A DNA stretch of 61,305 nt, filler included, from Basidiobolus meristosporus CBS 931.73 (GCA_002104905.1; 4 parts of 4 records of this genome joined end to end with filler, not necessarily neighbours in it), one strand, 5' to 3'. Shown: positions 44,801-57,678, numbered from the whole stretch's first letter. Notes: a model not told the origin generated them from the letters alone. Numbers and translations are program-made.

Positions 44801-46511
44801 ACTAGACTTTAAGGAAACATTTGCTCCGGTTGCCAAGTTTAACTCTATTAGGACAGTTCTAGCCCTGGCAGCTGTACACAGTCTAGATCTACACCAAATG
44901 GACGTCAAAACAGCCTTTCTAAATGGGGATTTGCAAGAAACTATATATATGGAGCAACCAGAAGGTTTTACCGATCCAAAAAGCCCCCATAAGGTGTGCA
45001 AACTTAGAAAATCGTTGTATGGACTTAAGCAGGCACCCAGAGCATGGTATAACAAGATTGACACATATCTAGAGGAAATTGGGTTCTCTCGTAGCACTGC
45101 AGATCACAGTATATATGTGAAACAGCTCAAAAAGGGTGTGATCATCCTAGTTCTTTATGTGGACGACCTAATTATAGCTACAAGTGATCAAGAGGCACTT
45201 AAACAGACGAAATCAGATCTCTTCAGCAAGTTTGAGATGAAAGATCTTGGAAAATTGAGCTATTTTCTTGGAATTGAGGTCAAATTTGACATACCTACGC
45301 AGAAAATTGTGCTGAATCAGTCTAAGTACATCAGGGACATTCTTAGACGCTTCAAAATGGAAAATTGCAAACCTGCAGCAACCCCTATGGACAATAACCT
45401 GAAATTAAGCAAATCTCAGCCAGTTATGGATGAAAACGGCTCAAATATGGACCAAAACTTTCCCTATCAATCAATGGTCGGTAGCCTAATGTACTTGATG
45501 GTGTCTACACGTCCAGATATTGCAGTAGCAGTTGGAATAGTCAGTCAATTCATGCAGAATTATGGATCAGATCAAATTGCAGCAGTTAAGCGGATTTTCA
45601 GATATCTACAAGGTACCATAAATATGGTACTGGAATACTCTGGAGCAGCTAATAGGCGAAAATTTGATGGTTATAGTGATTCAGATTGGGGTAGAGATCT
45701 GATTGACAGACGCTCTACCACAGGCTATGTATTTCTTTATGCTGGTGCAGCTATTACTTGGAATTGCAAGAAACAACCAACTGTGGCACTATCTACAACT
45801 GAAGCCGAATATATGGCTGCATGTCAAGCAACTAAGGAGGCTATATGGCTACAAAAATTATTCAAAGACTTAGGTTTTAATTCAGGTGAACCAACATGTA
45901 TTTACAAGGATAATCAAAGTTGTATTTCATTAGCTAGAAATCCTACTAATCATGCCAGAACTAAGCACATTGATATACAGCATCACTTTGTGAGGGAAGC
46001 TGTAGAAAATAACTTAGTAGAGCTGGTTTACTGCCCAACTGACAAAATGGTGGCAGACATATTGACAAAACCACTAGCTAGGCCACAGTTTGAGATCCTT
46101 AGAGAGAAATTGGGATTAAGAAATTATTTAGTTGAGGGGGAGTGTTGAAATATTGGACTATTTGGTATCATTCAGCAGCTAAAAATTTACTTAACAATTC
46201 TAGGCTAGTCTTAGTCACTGTAGGACTCATTTACTGCCTTTACTTCGCCACTTTCTCCAGATATATGATCTTATGATTATTCCCCTATAGTCAGGATCAA
46301 ATTAGCACTATTACCAAACATTATGTACTAACCCTGAAACTGTTACAGAATGCTCCTGAATATTGAGAAACCCTCCCTACTTAGTGTTGCAGCTGTATTA
46401 CTTCTACAAAGGTATAAATACTGAGCTTCTTTATGAATAAACAACAGTTCAACTATTATCACTATTTCTTGATAAGTTCCTTATATCCAAATCACTTCTT
46501 AAATTGCAACA
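41826..46511 (+). mobile_element. Intact Ty1/copia element B, potentially active
   Basis: 369-bp LTRs at 41826-42194 and 46143-46511 with no difference found by eye; perfect TSD TTGAC; PBS GGTTATGAGCCC 42195-42206; PPT GAGGGGGAG 46134-46142; single open gag-pol. Confidence 0.98.
42231..46148 (+). CDS. gag-pol: Copia gag-pol polyprotein (1305 aa)
   Basis: FDGKNYRLW, CNYCKKPGHWAREC, WYIDSGAS, WHRRLGH..C..C, DICGP/SDNGGEY/QNGVAE, YVDD, YSDSD, ADILTKPL; stop TGA lies inside the 3' LTR. Confidence 0.97.
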   Translation: MTSTSKQSNTNIFPVKERFDGKNYRLWRIKMQIHLEERKLWNIVTGKEVEPKGTAEDVEKFQEKERKAFNAICINVQDSFIGQIHASNTAKAAWESLEKIFRAKSVSSKLYLKRKFFNMRKKPDDDMLQLITRMETLAEELYSINAGVDDEEKILCLLCSLPDEYEPLILSFESREDNLTLDYVKGRLLHEELRRNDQAEKIEDNALFSSERHTEKKGKQQNRRKPGCCNYCKKPGHWARECKKKQADEKQKLEQANHITTDEQLFVTVQESASNRSNEWYIDSGASQHICGIKDWFSNLKTIPVRKVYLGDNSALEATASGSIQLNMSDNSGATTAKLTDVLYVPGIAKNLLSVSKATTQGLKFVFTKLSCSILSENGQKLASGIRDHNIYKLQCKIIVPEYVNIAETDETNWETWHRRLGHIGEQKMSQLVKNQLVLGLKYSIPIKLNVCKGCSYGKQARQRFKSSEGINTTEILAIVHSDICGPMRTLSFGAKRYFMTFIDDKTRYTWVYFLKTKDEALETFKHFKNMAETQTGCKLKVLRSDNGGEYCSKEFAKYCLSTGILQQTTVPHTPQQNGVAERANRTIVEMGRSMLHDKGMDYKFWAESVATAVYIKNRCPTTALRDSTPFEAYTGKKPDLQHLRIFGSDVFYHIPDKKRSKLEPKSRKGIFLGYCEGTKGYRVYDGEIQKLIKSRDVVFEENSDQKATEIIGQLPDDAINTNEEDTYQIQPEMEDTSTSSRSEQIIPVRRSTRIRNAPGSWWQTSNDHEEAYLALCAEPQNLEQAMQGPDATKWQQAMQEEYQSLIKAKTWELVDLPNGRKPIGCRWVYKIKITSNGAVDKYKARLVAKGYSQIQGLDFKETFAPVAKFNSIRTVLALAAVHSLDLHQMDVKTAFLNGDLQETIYMEQPEGFTDPKSPHKVCKLRKSLYGLKQAPRAWYNKIDTYLEEIGFSRSTADHSIYVKQLKKGVIILVLYVDDLIIATSDQEALKQTKSDLFSKFEMKDLGKLSYFLGIEVKFDIPTQKIVLNQSKYIRDILRRFKMENCKPAATPMDNNLKLSKSQPVMDENGSNMDQNFPYQSMVGSLMYLMVSTRPDIAVAVGIVSQFMQNYGSDQIAAVKRIFRYLQGTINMVLEYSGAANRRKFDGYSDSDWGRDLIDRRSTTGYVFLYAGAAITWNCKKQPTVALSTTEAEYMAACQATKEAIWLQKLFKDLGFNSGEPTCIYKDNQSCISLARNPTNHARTKHIDIQHHFVREAVENNLVELVYCPTDKMVADILTKPLARPQFEILREKLGLRNYLVEGEC

Positions 46512-48687
46512 TTGACCTCTGCCTCCTAGCATTCTTGTCACAGTTGTTGGTGGCTTTTAGGCACACTGAGTTTATCCTCCAAGCTATCAGTGGGGTTTGG
46601 TTCTGTGATATCACCTGGAATCCTTGGTTCACATCTATACACTAAGTAAATGGAAATTTGGTGGTTATGTTCTGTACCCTAAGTCTTGAGGCTAAGTATG
46701 CTTGGTCTATATACTCATCCCATCTACTGACAGCTCCATTTGTGTACTTGGTCAGCATTTTCCCAAATAATCCATTAAATTGCTTGGTGACTCCATTAGT
46801 TATAGGGTGATATGCCAAGGTTTTCAAGTGTCTAATGAGCTGCATTTTGAGGTAGGCTTACAATGTCCTTGCCATAAAGCTTGCTCCTCTATTGGATAAA
46901 ATCTCTACAGGGCATTAAAACTTCATAAGGATCCCATGGTATATGAAACTTGCAATAGCTTGTTCACTATCTTCAGGTGCTGCTTTAGCCACTGGCCATT
47001 TTGTGGCATACAACTTCAGCCACTAGCAATTTAGTGACATAAGTAATTGCTCCTAGGATCCAATGGTTTCACTGCCTGGTGGTAAGCAGTCTTCCAATAA
47101 AGCCAATTCCCCCTGCCTCAAGTGGTCTTACAGGCTCCAGAGAAAAGAGTTCAGTGTTTTTCTGTGGTTGGCCTTGGTTGATTTGGCAATTAGGGCATGT
47201 TTTCACTATCTTTTCAACATCTTGTTTCATTCTAGGCCACCATGCTCTGGCTGACACAAGGCTATAGGCTACTTCAATTCCAAGATATACATATACATTG
47301 TGTAGCTGGTGTATTAGATCCAGGCAAGCAACACAAGGGCAATAGGCAATAGGGCTTTTCTCAACAATTTGGTAGAATGTTACAACCTGTACCACAAATT
47401 TGCTGGTTTCATCCTGGATTATCTTCTTAATCTCTTCATCCACCCAATGAGGAATGGCTTAGTCCTCCAAGCACTTTGGTAATAAGCTGGACCAGTCTGA
47501 TTTATGCACCAAGTTGTATTGTGCAACTTGTCCTAATCTTGATAAGGCATCAGCAACCGTGTTGTCTCTCCCAGGGCAATAGATAATACTCAAGTCAAAT
47601 TGCAAAATGTGTTCACTCTATCTTGTCATTCTTCCAAATAGTACCTTTAAAGTAAACATATACTTGAGTGAGGCATGTTCAGTCTTCACAGTGCACTTGA
47701 CTACTTTAATATAGCATCTCCAGGTCATCAAGCAGTGTATTATGGCATGCATCTCCTTCTCATGCACTGGATAATTTTGTTCTTCTGATTTCTATTTCTT
47801 GGACTCAAAAGCAACTGGGTAGTTCTTTCCCTCATGTTCTTAGCTCAGTACTCCACCTATTGTATAGTCTGAAGCATATGTGCACTAAGTAAACTCTTTT
47901 CTGAAGTCTGGAATTCTTAAGCTTAGCAGCTTAGCAAATACATTCTCGGGCATTTGAAGGGTAGTCTCACAGGCTATGTCCCACTTTGAGGTGGTGTCAT
48001 TCTTGATAATGTCAATCAAATGGGCTGCAATATTTACAAAGGACTTGACAAAGCTCCAGATTCTTGATGACTTCAACCTTTATGGGGTCTAAGCTCACTC
48101 CTGCGCTATTCACTATGTGTCCAGATATTTAACATGTTCCTTCAGGCATCCATATTTTGCTAGCTTGACATACAGCTTGTTCTCTCTTAGCTTCTTCAAG
48201 ACCTTTTTAATATGCACCAAGTGATCCTCTTCTGTCTTTGTTGTATACTAGTTTATCATCTAGGTAGATTATAACAAACCTGTCTAAGTACTCCTGGAAG
48301 ATTGTTTGCATCAGGGTCATGAATGTTACAGGGGCATTGGTGAGGCCAAAACTCATGACTGAGTACTTGCAATGTCCATATCTTCTCCTAAATACTGTCT
48401 TAGGGATGTCTTCTGGCTTCACCCTATTCTGGTTGTATCCTGATATGAGGTCAATCTTGCTGAAAATAGTGGCTCCATTGAGTTAGTCCAAAAGCTAATC
48501 AATCCAAGGTATGGGGTACTTTTTCTGCAGGGTAACTGAGTTGAGTGTTCTGTAGTCAATACACATCCTAATTGTTCCATCCTTCTTCTTCACAAAAAGC
48601 ACTGGTGCTCCCCAAGGTGACTAGCTGGGTCTGATATATCCTTGCTCCAGTAACTAATCTATTTTTCTCTTTACCTCTTCCTACTCC

Positions 48688-50139
48688 TGTTACAAGTCTT
48701 GGTACAAGAGTTGTAGAGGAATAGGGAGTTTAGCTAGTATTGTATTCACTAAAACCTGAACTAATCTTTATTGAGATTCCAGCAGCTCCTTATATTCATT
48801 TTGACAGATCAATTCCTGACTAATTGTATCTCCTAATATAGGCTGTAGATGATGACTCATTTGATTGCATCATCATCACCCAATAAGATCCTACCTAGTA
48901 TATCTATATCTGTATGATAAGGATATGCTGAATTATTTACTGACTAATGTTACTGATATGATAGATAATACTGATATACTGATAACCTAAACTAATAACT
49001 AGTGATTTGACTAAAAACTGATGTAACTTAAACATTCAAGTGGCAGATCATAACATTCTCCCCTGCTAAAGTTGAGAGGGTTCTCCTGAATCTCTTTTCT
49101 TGTGATATCAATACCTTGATGGTTTAGTATTATCAGTAAGTCTTGCAAGCTTGAGTCTGTCCCTATGCACTAAGTCTCTCCAGATATTGCCTTGTTTGTC
49201 CAATAGTTGGTAAGTTGCAAATGGACATTCTCTGATGTTCTTGAATGGTCCTGTCCATTGTGGCTCAAATATCTTCTGAGTGCTGATTCTTAGCAATACA
49301 TAGTTCCCAACTGTCAATTTTTCTGGTGCTATAACCTTATCAAATCTCTGCTTCATCTTTTCTGCACTCTGAGATACTTTGGTGTGTGCCTCTTGACATC
49401 TTTGTTCCAGTTGCTGGTGTCTACTTTGCTAACTGAGTTCATATTCTAAGGTGTCTGTAAGCTTTGGTTGTGTGAGATATCCTGGAATCCTTAGTTCACA
49501 TCCCTACACTAAGTAAAATGGTGATTGCTGGGTGATGTTGTGTAATCTGACTCTGCATGTAAAGAGTACTTAGTCTACATACTCATCCCATCTACTGACA
49601 GCTCCATTTGCATATTTGGTCAGCATTTCTCCAAATAATCCATTAAACCACTCAGTGACTCCATTAGTTCTGGGTTGATATGCCAAGGTTTTCAAGCGTA
49701 TGATCTGCTGCGTTTCCAGGTAAGCTTCCAATGTCTTTGCCATAAAGTTTGCACCTCTATTGGATAGGATCTCTACAGGGCATCCAAACTTCATAACAAT
49801 CTCATGGTAGATGAAACTTGCAACTTCTTACTCACTGGCTATAGGCACAGCTTTAGCCACTGGCCATTTTGTAGCATGGTCAATTACTATTAGGATTCAA
49901 CGGTTGCATTTCCTGGTAGTTGGCAGTCTTCCAATAAAGTCAATTCCCCATCTTTGAAATGGTCTTATAGGCTCCAAGGGAAAGAGTTTGGCAATTCTCT
50001 GTGATTGGCCTTGGTTGATTTGGCAATTTGGGCATGTTTTCACTAGCTTCTCAATGTCTTGTTTCATTCTGGGCTACCATGCTCTGGCTTTCACCAGACT
50101 ATAGGTCCCTTCAATCCCAAGATGTCCATATCCATTGTG
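48688..50139 (-). mobile_element. Ty3-B3 3' half (integrase, PPT, 3' LTR 48688-49055) nested in Ty3-B2
   Basis: The LTR is followed on the plus strand by TTCTCCCCTGCT (PPT complement); integrase fragments 49108..49356 and 49570..49794; runs into the gap. Confidence 0.85.
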
Positions 50140-50239
50140 NNNNNNNNNNNNNNNNNNNNNNNNNNNNNNNNNNNNNNNNNNNNTTAATTAATTAANNNNN
50201 NNNNNNNNNNNNNNNNNNNNNNNNNNNNNNNNNNNNNNN

Positions 50240-52775
50240 AAAATTTGAATTTTCATCAAACAACACATGCCTGGACTTGATCAGCTTCTTTGCTTTGGTA
50301 TTATAGAGTCTGTATGCCTTACTCTCATTGCAGTAGCCCAAAAATATGCACTTTACACTTTTTGGCTCAAATTTTGACGGATTGCTGGCCAATATGCATT
50401 TTTCACTTTTTGGCTCAAATTTTGACTGATCTCCGGCCAGTTTCTTGGCATATGCTGTACACCCAAATATTCTTAGATGTTCTGCACTTGGTCTGTATCC
50501 ATACTATGCTTCAAATGGAGTAGAATCACAAAGTATTCTGTTATAACTCCTATTTTTAAGGTATACAGCTGTGGCAACTGATTCCACCCAAAAATCATAG
50601 GATAATTTTTGATCATGGATCATAGATCTTGCCATATCAATTATTGATCTGTTAGCTCGTTCTGCTACTCCATTTTGCTGTGGGGAGTATGGTACAGTAG
50701 TCTCTTGCTTTATCCCATGAATTTTGCGGAAGTGGATGAAGAGTTTTGAGGTATATTCTCCACCATTGTCAGAGCGTATTTTCTTGATTTTTTCACCAGT
50801 TTCTCTCTCCACCATAGCTTTAAACTCCCTGAACTTAGACAGAGCTTCTTCCTTTCTCTCCATGAAGTAGACCCATGTGTATCTTGTATAATCATCAATA
50901 AAAGTGATTAAATACTTCATTCCACCTAAGGATAAATTTTGCATAGGTCCACACAGATCTGAGTGAATTAGATCTAGTTTTTCTTAGTTTTGATTAACCC
51001 AGAGCTCTTGAACAGTTGTCTGGCTTGTTTCCCATATATGCAGGCTTCACAGTGCTCCAAATTAGCTGGGGGACCAATTTTCACTTCAGAAATTAGCTAA
51101 TCTTTGATCATTTTACGCAAATTATCAAAATTGATGTGTCCAAATCTCCTGTGCCAAAGCATTGGTGCTTCTTCATTTAAGTTACTTATATTGGCTTCCA
51201 GATATGATGGAATATAAGTCAACTTGTATAGATTCTGATCTCTGATGCCCAAAGCAATATGAGCACCATTTTGCTCAGTGATCCTGCATCCAGAATTGTC
51301 AAAACTGAAACTGAGTCCTTCTGCTGTGGCCTTGCTTACAGATAGTAGGTTCTTAGCTATTTCTGGTACATAGAGTACTTCTTTAAAGGTCAGTGTATGG
51401 CTTCCTTCACTGCTTCTAAGGTTTACTTGGATAGTCCCTTTTCCCACTGCATCAAGTGTTCTATTGTCACCCATGAAAACCTTCTTAATTGGAATCTCTT
51501 GATTTTGGGTAAAAAGTTCTTTTTGGTGTGTAAAGTGTTGATAAGCTCCAGAGTCAATATACCACATCTGAGAATCCTTGTTTGTGGTCATATTTAGTGC
51601 AGATATGAATAGTCTATCCTCAGTTGTTGCAGCATTTCCATATTCAAGCTTCTTTTGCTGATTATCTTTCTTTTTGAGACACTGGTCTGATGTATGTCCT
51701 TTCCTTTTGCAGTAGTTACAAAACAGGTTGCTGTTGCCTTTGTAGGGTCTTGGGTACCTCCTTTGTTGGTTATCATTGCTTATTATAGCATTTTCTTCTT
51801 CCTTCTTATAAGCGCTTGATTTTCTTAATTCTTCATCCAGGAGCCTTCCATATACGTAATTTAAGGTCAAATCATCAGTTCTGGACTCTAGGGCTGATAC
51901 AAGGCCCTCAAACCTGTCTGTCAGGCTATTCAGGATGCTAACCTTCACATCCTCATCAGTAGTTGGTATGCCCACAGATTCCATCTCATCTACCAGCAGG
52001 GTAATTCTGTTAATTAGATTTTTCATTTCTTTTCCTGGCAGCATCTTTGTAGTAAAGAATTTTTGTCTCAGATACATCTTCTTGGCAGCTGAACATGACT
52101 GGTAGGTGTCTTCTAATGCTTTCCAGGCATTCTTTGCCGTTTTTGCTCTTGAGCATTGAATTAGCAATTTGTCCTTGACATTAAGGCAAATGCAGTTAAA
52201 GGCACTTTGTTCTTTCTTCTGGTACTTTAAGGCTTCCTCTCCCACATTTTTAAGAGGGCATTCTTCTCCTATGACAATATCCCAAAGGCCTCTTTCTTGT
52301 AGCAGCATCTTCATCTTCACCTTCCACACTTGGTAGTTAGAACCATCCAACTTTTCAGCAGAGGGAAAAATTCCAGTAATAGCAGTAGTAGACATTGCAG
52401 AAAGTGACAGCTTGGGGCTTATAACCTGTTGTAAGAGTCTTGGAGATATTGGAAGTGATTGGGAGAACAAGTAGATTATGTGGTTTTCACTTAATGATTT
52501 ATTGAATGTAAAAGTAGTATTTATACTTTTATCTGGTCTTGGCATTACAAACATGTAGAATAGGTTAAGGAAGGTCCCAAAAACATGTGTGCAAAGTTTA
52601 GGGTTGTTTGGACGACTTTGAGAATTTTCATGTTCTGGGTACCTGGTATTTTGGTGAAAATATTCTAAGTAAATCCTGACAAGGAATTTGGTCAGTATTT
52701 TTTAGGATTTGAGGGTAATGATCCAAGTGACTAAGTTAGGTGAATATTTAGGTGGAATTATGAATTTTTACAACA
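50240..52775 (-). mobile_element. Ty1/copia element A4 5' half
   Basis: 5' LTR 52427-52775, PBS GGTTATAAGCCCC, continuous gag-PR frame (51097..52554 including CNYCKRKGHTSDQC and WYIDSGA), integrase fragments 50504..50944; 3' part in gap. Confidence 0.92.
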
Positions 52776-52789
52776 CTCTTGACTATTTA

Positions 52790-53530
52790 CTAATTTCTCT
52801 AGGTCATTACATCTATCTTGTCAGCCACTGTACCTAACTGCCTCATTAATGCTGTGGTATAAGCTGACAACACACTTGCTAATATGGGTGGTGGTGATGT
52901 TATAACAGCCACTTTCTGGCCTTCAACCCAGGGCACTGTATTTGCTACATTTTCATTTGCCTGATAATTATGGTTCACCATCAGCTTCACAGAAATTCTC
53001 ATTTGCCAACTTGACTGGAAGCCTGAGGATTCTTCAATATTACCTTAAGTGGGTACACTGACATCATGGTTTTTTTTGGATGTAGCCCTGCTTGTTGTAC
53101 AGAATGTCAGAGCAAGCTGTTGTCCACTGTTCTTCTGCTGCTGTCAATGTTGGGGTTTTGTTGGGAACCATACAACTATGCATTATTTTTTTACACTCAT
53201 CCTGTTTCTGGAACATTTCCAGACTTCTCTGAGCTATTGTATCTATCCAATCAGCCACTGTACCAAATTGCCTCATCAATGGTTTGGTATGAGCTGAAAG
53301 CATACTTGCTAATACAAGTGGTGGTAGTGTTATGATGGCCACTTGCTGGTCTTCAACTGAATGTGCCGCTTTTGTACATTGCCATCTGCCTCAGGATTAT
53401 GGGCAACTTGCAGCTCTGCAGATATTCCCAATTGCCTACTTGACTGAGAGCCTGCGGAGTCCACATTATTACTTTCAGTGGGCACACTGTTCACAGGGTT
53501 TTTATTGGTTGTAGCCCTGCTTGTTACACT
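52790..53530 (-). mobile_element. Two tandem inverted fragments of the CACTA accessory ORF region
   Basis: ORFs 52799..53002, 53064..53342 and 53330..53539 repeat VAVITSPPPILAS...TALMRQLG.VAD.ID from 19994..20455. Confidence 0.65.
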
Positions 53531-54565
53531 GAAAGTCAAACCGCATGAAAATTAATTTGGTCCCATGGGTGGATCCAATCCAGATGAGTTGTCAAGATCC
53601 CATCTGAAGGCAGCTATAATACCAGCAGCTTGGAATAAATGACTATCTACACAACTTTGTGACAGGATCACAACAATGTTTTGCTAATCTTACACCAAAA
53701 TGATGCTCATAAAATATAGCAGTGTTTGTACAGTGCTTTGCCAAGGATGGCATGGCATTGTTGCAGTTTAACACGCTTCACAACTATCTGAGTTAATCTA
53801 ACCAGCCAGTACATCCCATTACCTTATAAGGTAAAGAATTTGATGGTGATTTGACAGCCTCTTTGCAAGCCTCTGATGGCATTATCATGGCAGTATGGCA
53901 GCCTACAGCTAGTTCTGTATAATGCCACCTTACTAAATTACCAAATGGTGTTTCCTTTTTCTACTGCCCCATGTGCAATTCATATATTCACTGTAGTATC
54001 ACCCCTGTTTAGTTGCTCATCCACAACTACCTTGGGTAATCTACATAGAGTTCAAATCAAAAAATACTATGTCCTCCCACTTACTAACCTCTATAAATGT
54101 ACACACCTGCTACAATTGGCATACTTCTATCACCTCAACCTTTCAGCTTTTTAGTGAGATGCTTTCAAAGTTGCCATTTACCTTGTATTGCTGGTAACAT
54201 ATACACCTTGCAAAGATATGCTTGGATGCCACCACTTCTGCCTGGAGCACCTCCTGAATACCCAAAAAGAACCTTTTGGTATTTAGCCAATATATTCCTT
54301 CTCCCAAGCAAGCAAGGTCCAGTATTCTCAACACACCAAGCAAGATGGAGTAGCAAATGGATACATTAGCAGCAGTGATCTATATGTTCAGCTGTATGCT
54401 TGTGGTATAGCTGCTCAAGTCCTGTCACAAACCACTTGATCAAAAGCTGTAGATTGGTCAAGTTGGCATTGGTAATCCACTTCTGGATTAAGATTCCTAC
54501 AATGTCCACATATCAGTCCAAATGTGTCCAATGTACTCTTGGTAGAAATGGCTTCAGAAGGCCAC

Positions 54566-56301
54566 TCAAATAATACATATCCAGTTCATCCAGTCCTTGC
54601 ACTTAAATTGTTGCATATGCATATGAATATTGATTGCAGCTAGTGAGAAGTACTTAGGGTAGCAGATACACTGTAATGTCTTGCCAACTCTTTCAAATTT
54701 CTCTGGTATCTCAAAGGGCTCATTTAGCTTGAAATGCCCCCTGTACAACCTGGTCATCAGTATCAGGATATTGCTGTAAAGCAAATGCATTGCGCCCAGT
54801 GGAAAGCTTTTGCACTAACATATACCCTCTATCCTAAGTATATCTGGTTTCTAATTAATTCCATATTCTGGCAAATGGCTTACAGCTTGCCAACTTTGCT
54901 GCAATTGCATGCTGACTTTGGTACATTCTCTAGGTGTAAAGATGATGTTCTTAGTGTTGGTGTTTGGGTAAGGGTAATGTGTGTGAGTTATGGAGTAGGT
55001 CCCCTGCATCTCACACATTTGACAGCAAAACCATACATTGTGCCCAGAAAAGCCAGCTATCTTGATGGTGGCTGCGGTATCTCCAATGCAGATAATAATA
55101 TGCGCTTTTACATAACAGCCATTTGCTTTTTTCTCACTGGAAAGCATACAAACTCATCCAGCAATGGATACAGGGAGCCTTCCAGGCTAGATGGTAATTT
55201 AGGCACAGATGCCAGTGAGACTACCATTCCATTTTGGCTCTGATACCGTAAAATAGGTGGCAGATTCATGTTGATGAGAATTAGTGGCCAGCAGAATTTG
55301 CCGGTAGAGTACTTCCTTAATGAGAATCCATCAGGTGCCAATGCAATGGCATAGTCATACATACCTTCAAAGTAGCCCTTGCTTATTAGCTCTTTGAAAT
55401 TCTTGCCATTTAATATATCTGGTATATTTGCACTTAGTTGATGCTGAATGCTGTACCTTATAGCTTCACAATATCTGTTGCACTGCATGAGCTTCTTTTT
55501 GTGGGGTGTTACCAGAATATATCTGGAGTGTGAACAAGGTTTTCCCCCAATGGTGGTGGATTCCTGACAACCTGGACACCTTGCAATGGTTACATTTTCT
55601 GATGTGAATGCTATGCAACTCTTGACATGTGCTGTTATCAGGATGGTCTTTGGGCCATATGTGACAAGCATATAATGATTTTCCATTTATACCATACACA
55701 TGGTAAGTTGCATCCTAAAATGATTTGGCAAGAGATAGTAGTAAATACTCAAACCCCCCTTACTGCTATGAGTGAAAATATGCAACTTCTCTAGCCACAA
55801 CATCACATCATTGACTGGTGGATGGATCACTGAGCTCACTTGACTTCATAAAGTCTCCTTGCCATTTTTTTCTACAGGTGTTGTCTCAATGCATTATGAG
55901 ATTTTGCCAGGCTCATGCAGGATTCTGTTGTCAAGAAAGATAGGCTCACAATCCATCAGTGAGCCTGCTTGTTAAGTGCTATTGCTCTGTAGGCCATATT
56001 CAGAAGGCAGGGGTGAGCCCAAAGATGTCACAAATTATCCTGACTCAGTTTGCACAAGGCAACAAGTATGGCCAGATGCCATTATAGAGGTAACAAGTGG
56101 CCAGCAAGATATTGTTAGTACAGTAGTGACTGGGGAATGGTCAAACATGAACTGTGCGGCAAAACACTGGCCAGGATCCTTGTAATACTTCCTATGCTGT
56201 CTGCACGCTTCATGGCTGAAAGGCTTGCCACTATAGACACATGTTCTTTCTACTCCTCTCTTACAGCATTGAATCAAAGTAGTCTTGTCCATGGGGCACA
56301 C
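54566..56301 (-). pseudogene. Tnp2-family transposase (copy 2, longer remnant)
   Basis: DILNGKNF, ALAPDGF, CWPLILINMNLPP..RY, LYPLLDEF, IICIGD.AA..K..G..GHN..FCCQMC, F.IP; N-terminal Cys/His cluster in 56035..56301. Confidence 0.85.
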
Positions 56302-57080
56302 ATTTTGACACTTAACAAAGTAAAGCTATTATATCACTATTTGTCAATACTCATGACACTTTGAGACAGTCTTATATGTGAGATATTGCACTTACAGGAG
56401 TGTAAGATTTAATGATGCCCACTCTAGTCAGCATTAAAAATAATGTTGTGGCACCACAAACACACATGTATGTAACACCATTTCCCCTTTGGTTTGACTT
56501 GCTTCCACTTATATGGCTCCAAGAAATAAAGTATAGTTGTCTGGCTCCCAACCAAACCCTACTGCTGACAGCAGCAGAAGAATGGTTGGACAACAGCTTG
56601 CTGACATTCAGTGCAACAAGCAGGGCTACAACCAAAAAAGGCCCTGCGGACAGTTTGCCCACTGAAGGTAATAATGCAGACACCTCAGGCTCTCAGTCAA
56701 TTAGGCAATTGGAAATCCCTGAACAGTTGCAAGCTGACCATATGGCTGAGGCAGGTGAAAATGTAGCAAAAGCAGTTGCTTCAGTTGAAGAGCAGCAAGT
56801 GGCTGTCACAACATCACTTCCACCTGTGTTACTAAGTATGTTGTCAGCTCATACCAAAGCATCAATAAGGCAATTAGGTGGAGTGGCTGATAGGACAGGT
56901 GTAATGGCGTGGAGAAATCAGGAAATAGTCCAGAAACAGGATGAGTAGATAAAAGGTGTCAAGCAGTTAATATTGCAGGTGGAAAAAGTAGTATCTTTGC
57001 TGCAAAGAAGGAGCTCAAGTAGCTCAGCATCACAGCCAAGAATTGAGCTATTTGCCAATGTAACAGCAGAGGAACACCAT

Positions 57081-57190
57081 TGTAGTGGGGTCACAGTGAC
57101 ATCCACTGACAGATGTGCTCATTCCCATATTTTCTACTTCCCAATTTTTCTACTACACTGATATTAGTTTTATCCTATTTGTCTTACTTA
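57081..57190. mobile_element. Truncated terminal fragment of LTR family C
   Basis: TGTAGTGGGGT.ACAGTGACA.CCACTGACAGA.GTGCTCATTCCCATATTTTCTACTTCCC matches 57679-57790. Confidence 0.75.
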
Positions 57191-57678
57191 GGGGAAAAGC
57201 AGGCAGACACATATGCACCAGCACAACATATATCAAGGAAAAATGTAGCTCAACTCAAGAAGAACATAGTCAAAGCAGCAGTAAAGGACCAGGCAGTGAC
57301 AAAAGCTGGCAGCTGCCTCAGGTGCCCATCATAGTATGGACTGAGATCTTGAAACCAGTGGGAAAGAAGCATAAGGAGGCCTGCAGAGTGCCAGTAAGGG
57401 ACAAGCAGGCCAAAACAGATGCATCAGAGCAGCACTTATCAAAGAGAAAACTTAGGTCAATACAAGAAGCACTTAGACAAAGTAACAGTGAAAAGCTGGC
57501 AGTGATAAAGGAAAAGGTAAAGGGGAAAAAGTCTACCCAGGCCAGAGACAGGGAAGTGTGGGAATGAAGCTGCAGTTCTTGCCAATCAATGCCATAAGCC
57601 CAGAACAGACTGAATCCCATCATAGCCAAGAAGAATCACCAATAAGAAAATAGTTGTTTTCATAAGAGTTGGAAGTGC

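Larger units (their letters stand above)
41668..48687 (-). mobile_element. Degenerate Ty3-B2 pol region (RT-RH-IN), interrupted by copia-B
   Basis: Fragments 48207..48422 (YLDD), 47885..48076, 47069..47443 and 46642..46845, plus integrase C-terminus at 41670-41825 continuing across the copia TSD. Confidence 0.85.

Noticed and set aside
50192-50392. ORF spanning the third gap
   Set aside because: Includes N bases; it is a fragment of copia-A4 integrase with a local ~40-nt duplication.
52410-52554. LTR-encoded N-terminal extension (MFVMPRP...) of copia-A gag, also seen as ORFs 25569..25775 and 30898..31158
   Set aside because: Starts inside the LTR upstream of the PBS; recurrence merely reflects LTR copies. 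MSTTAITG after the PBS is the likelier start.
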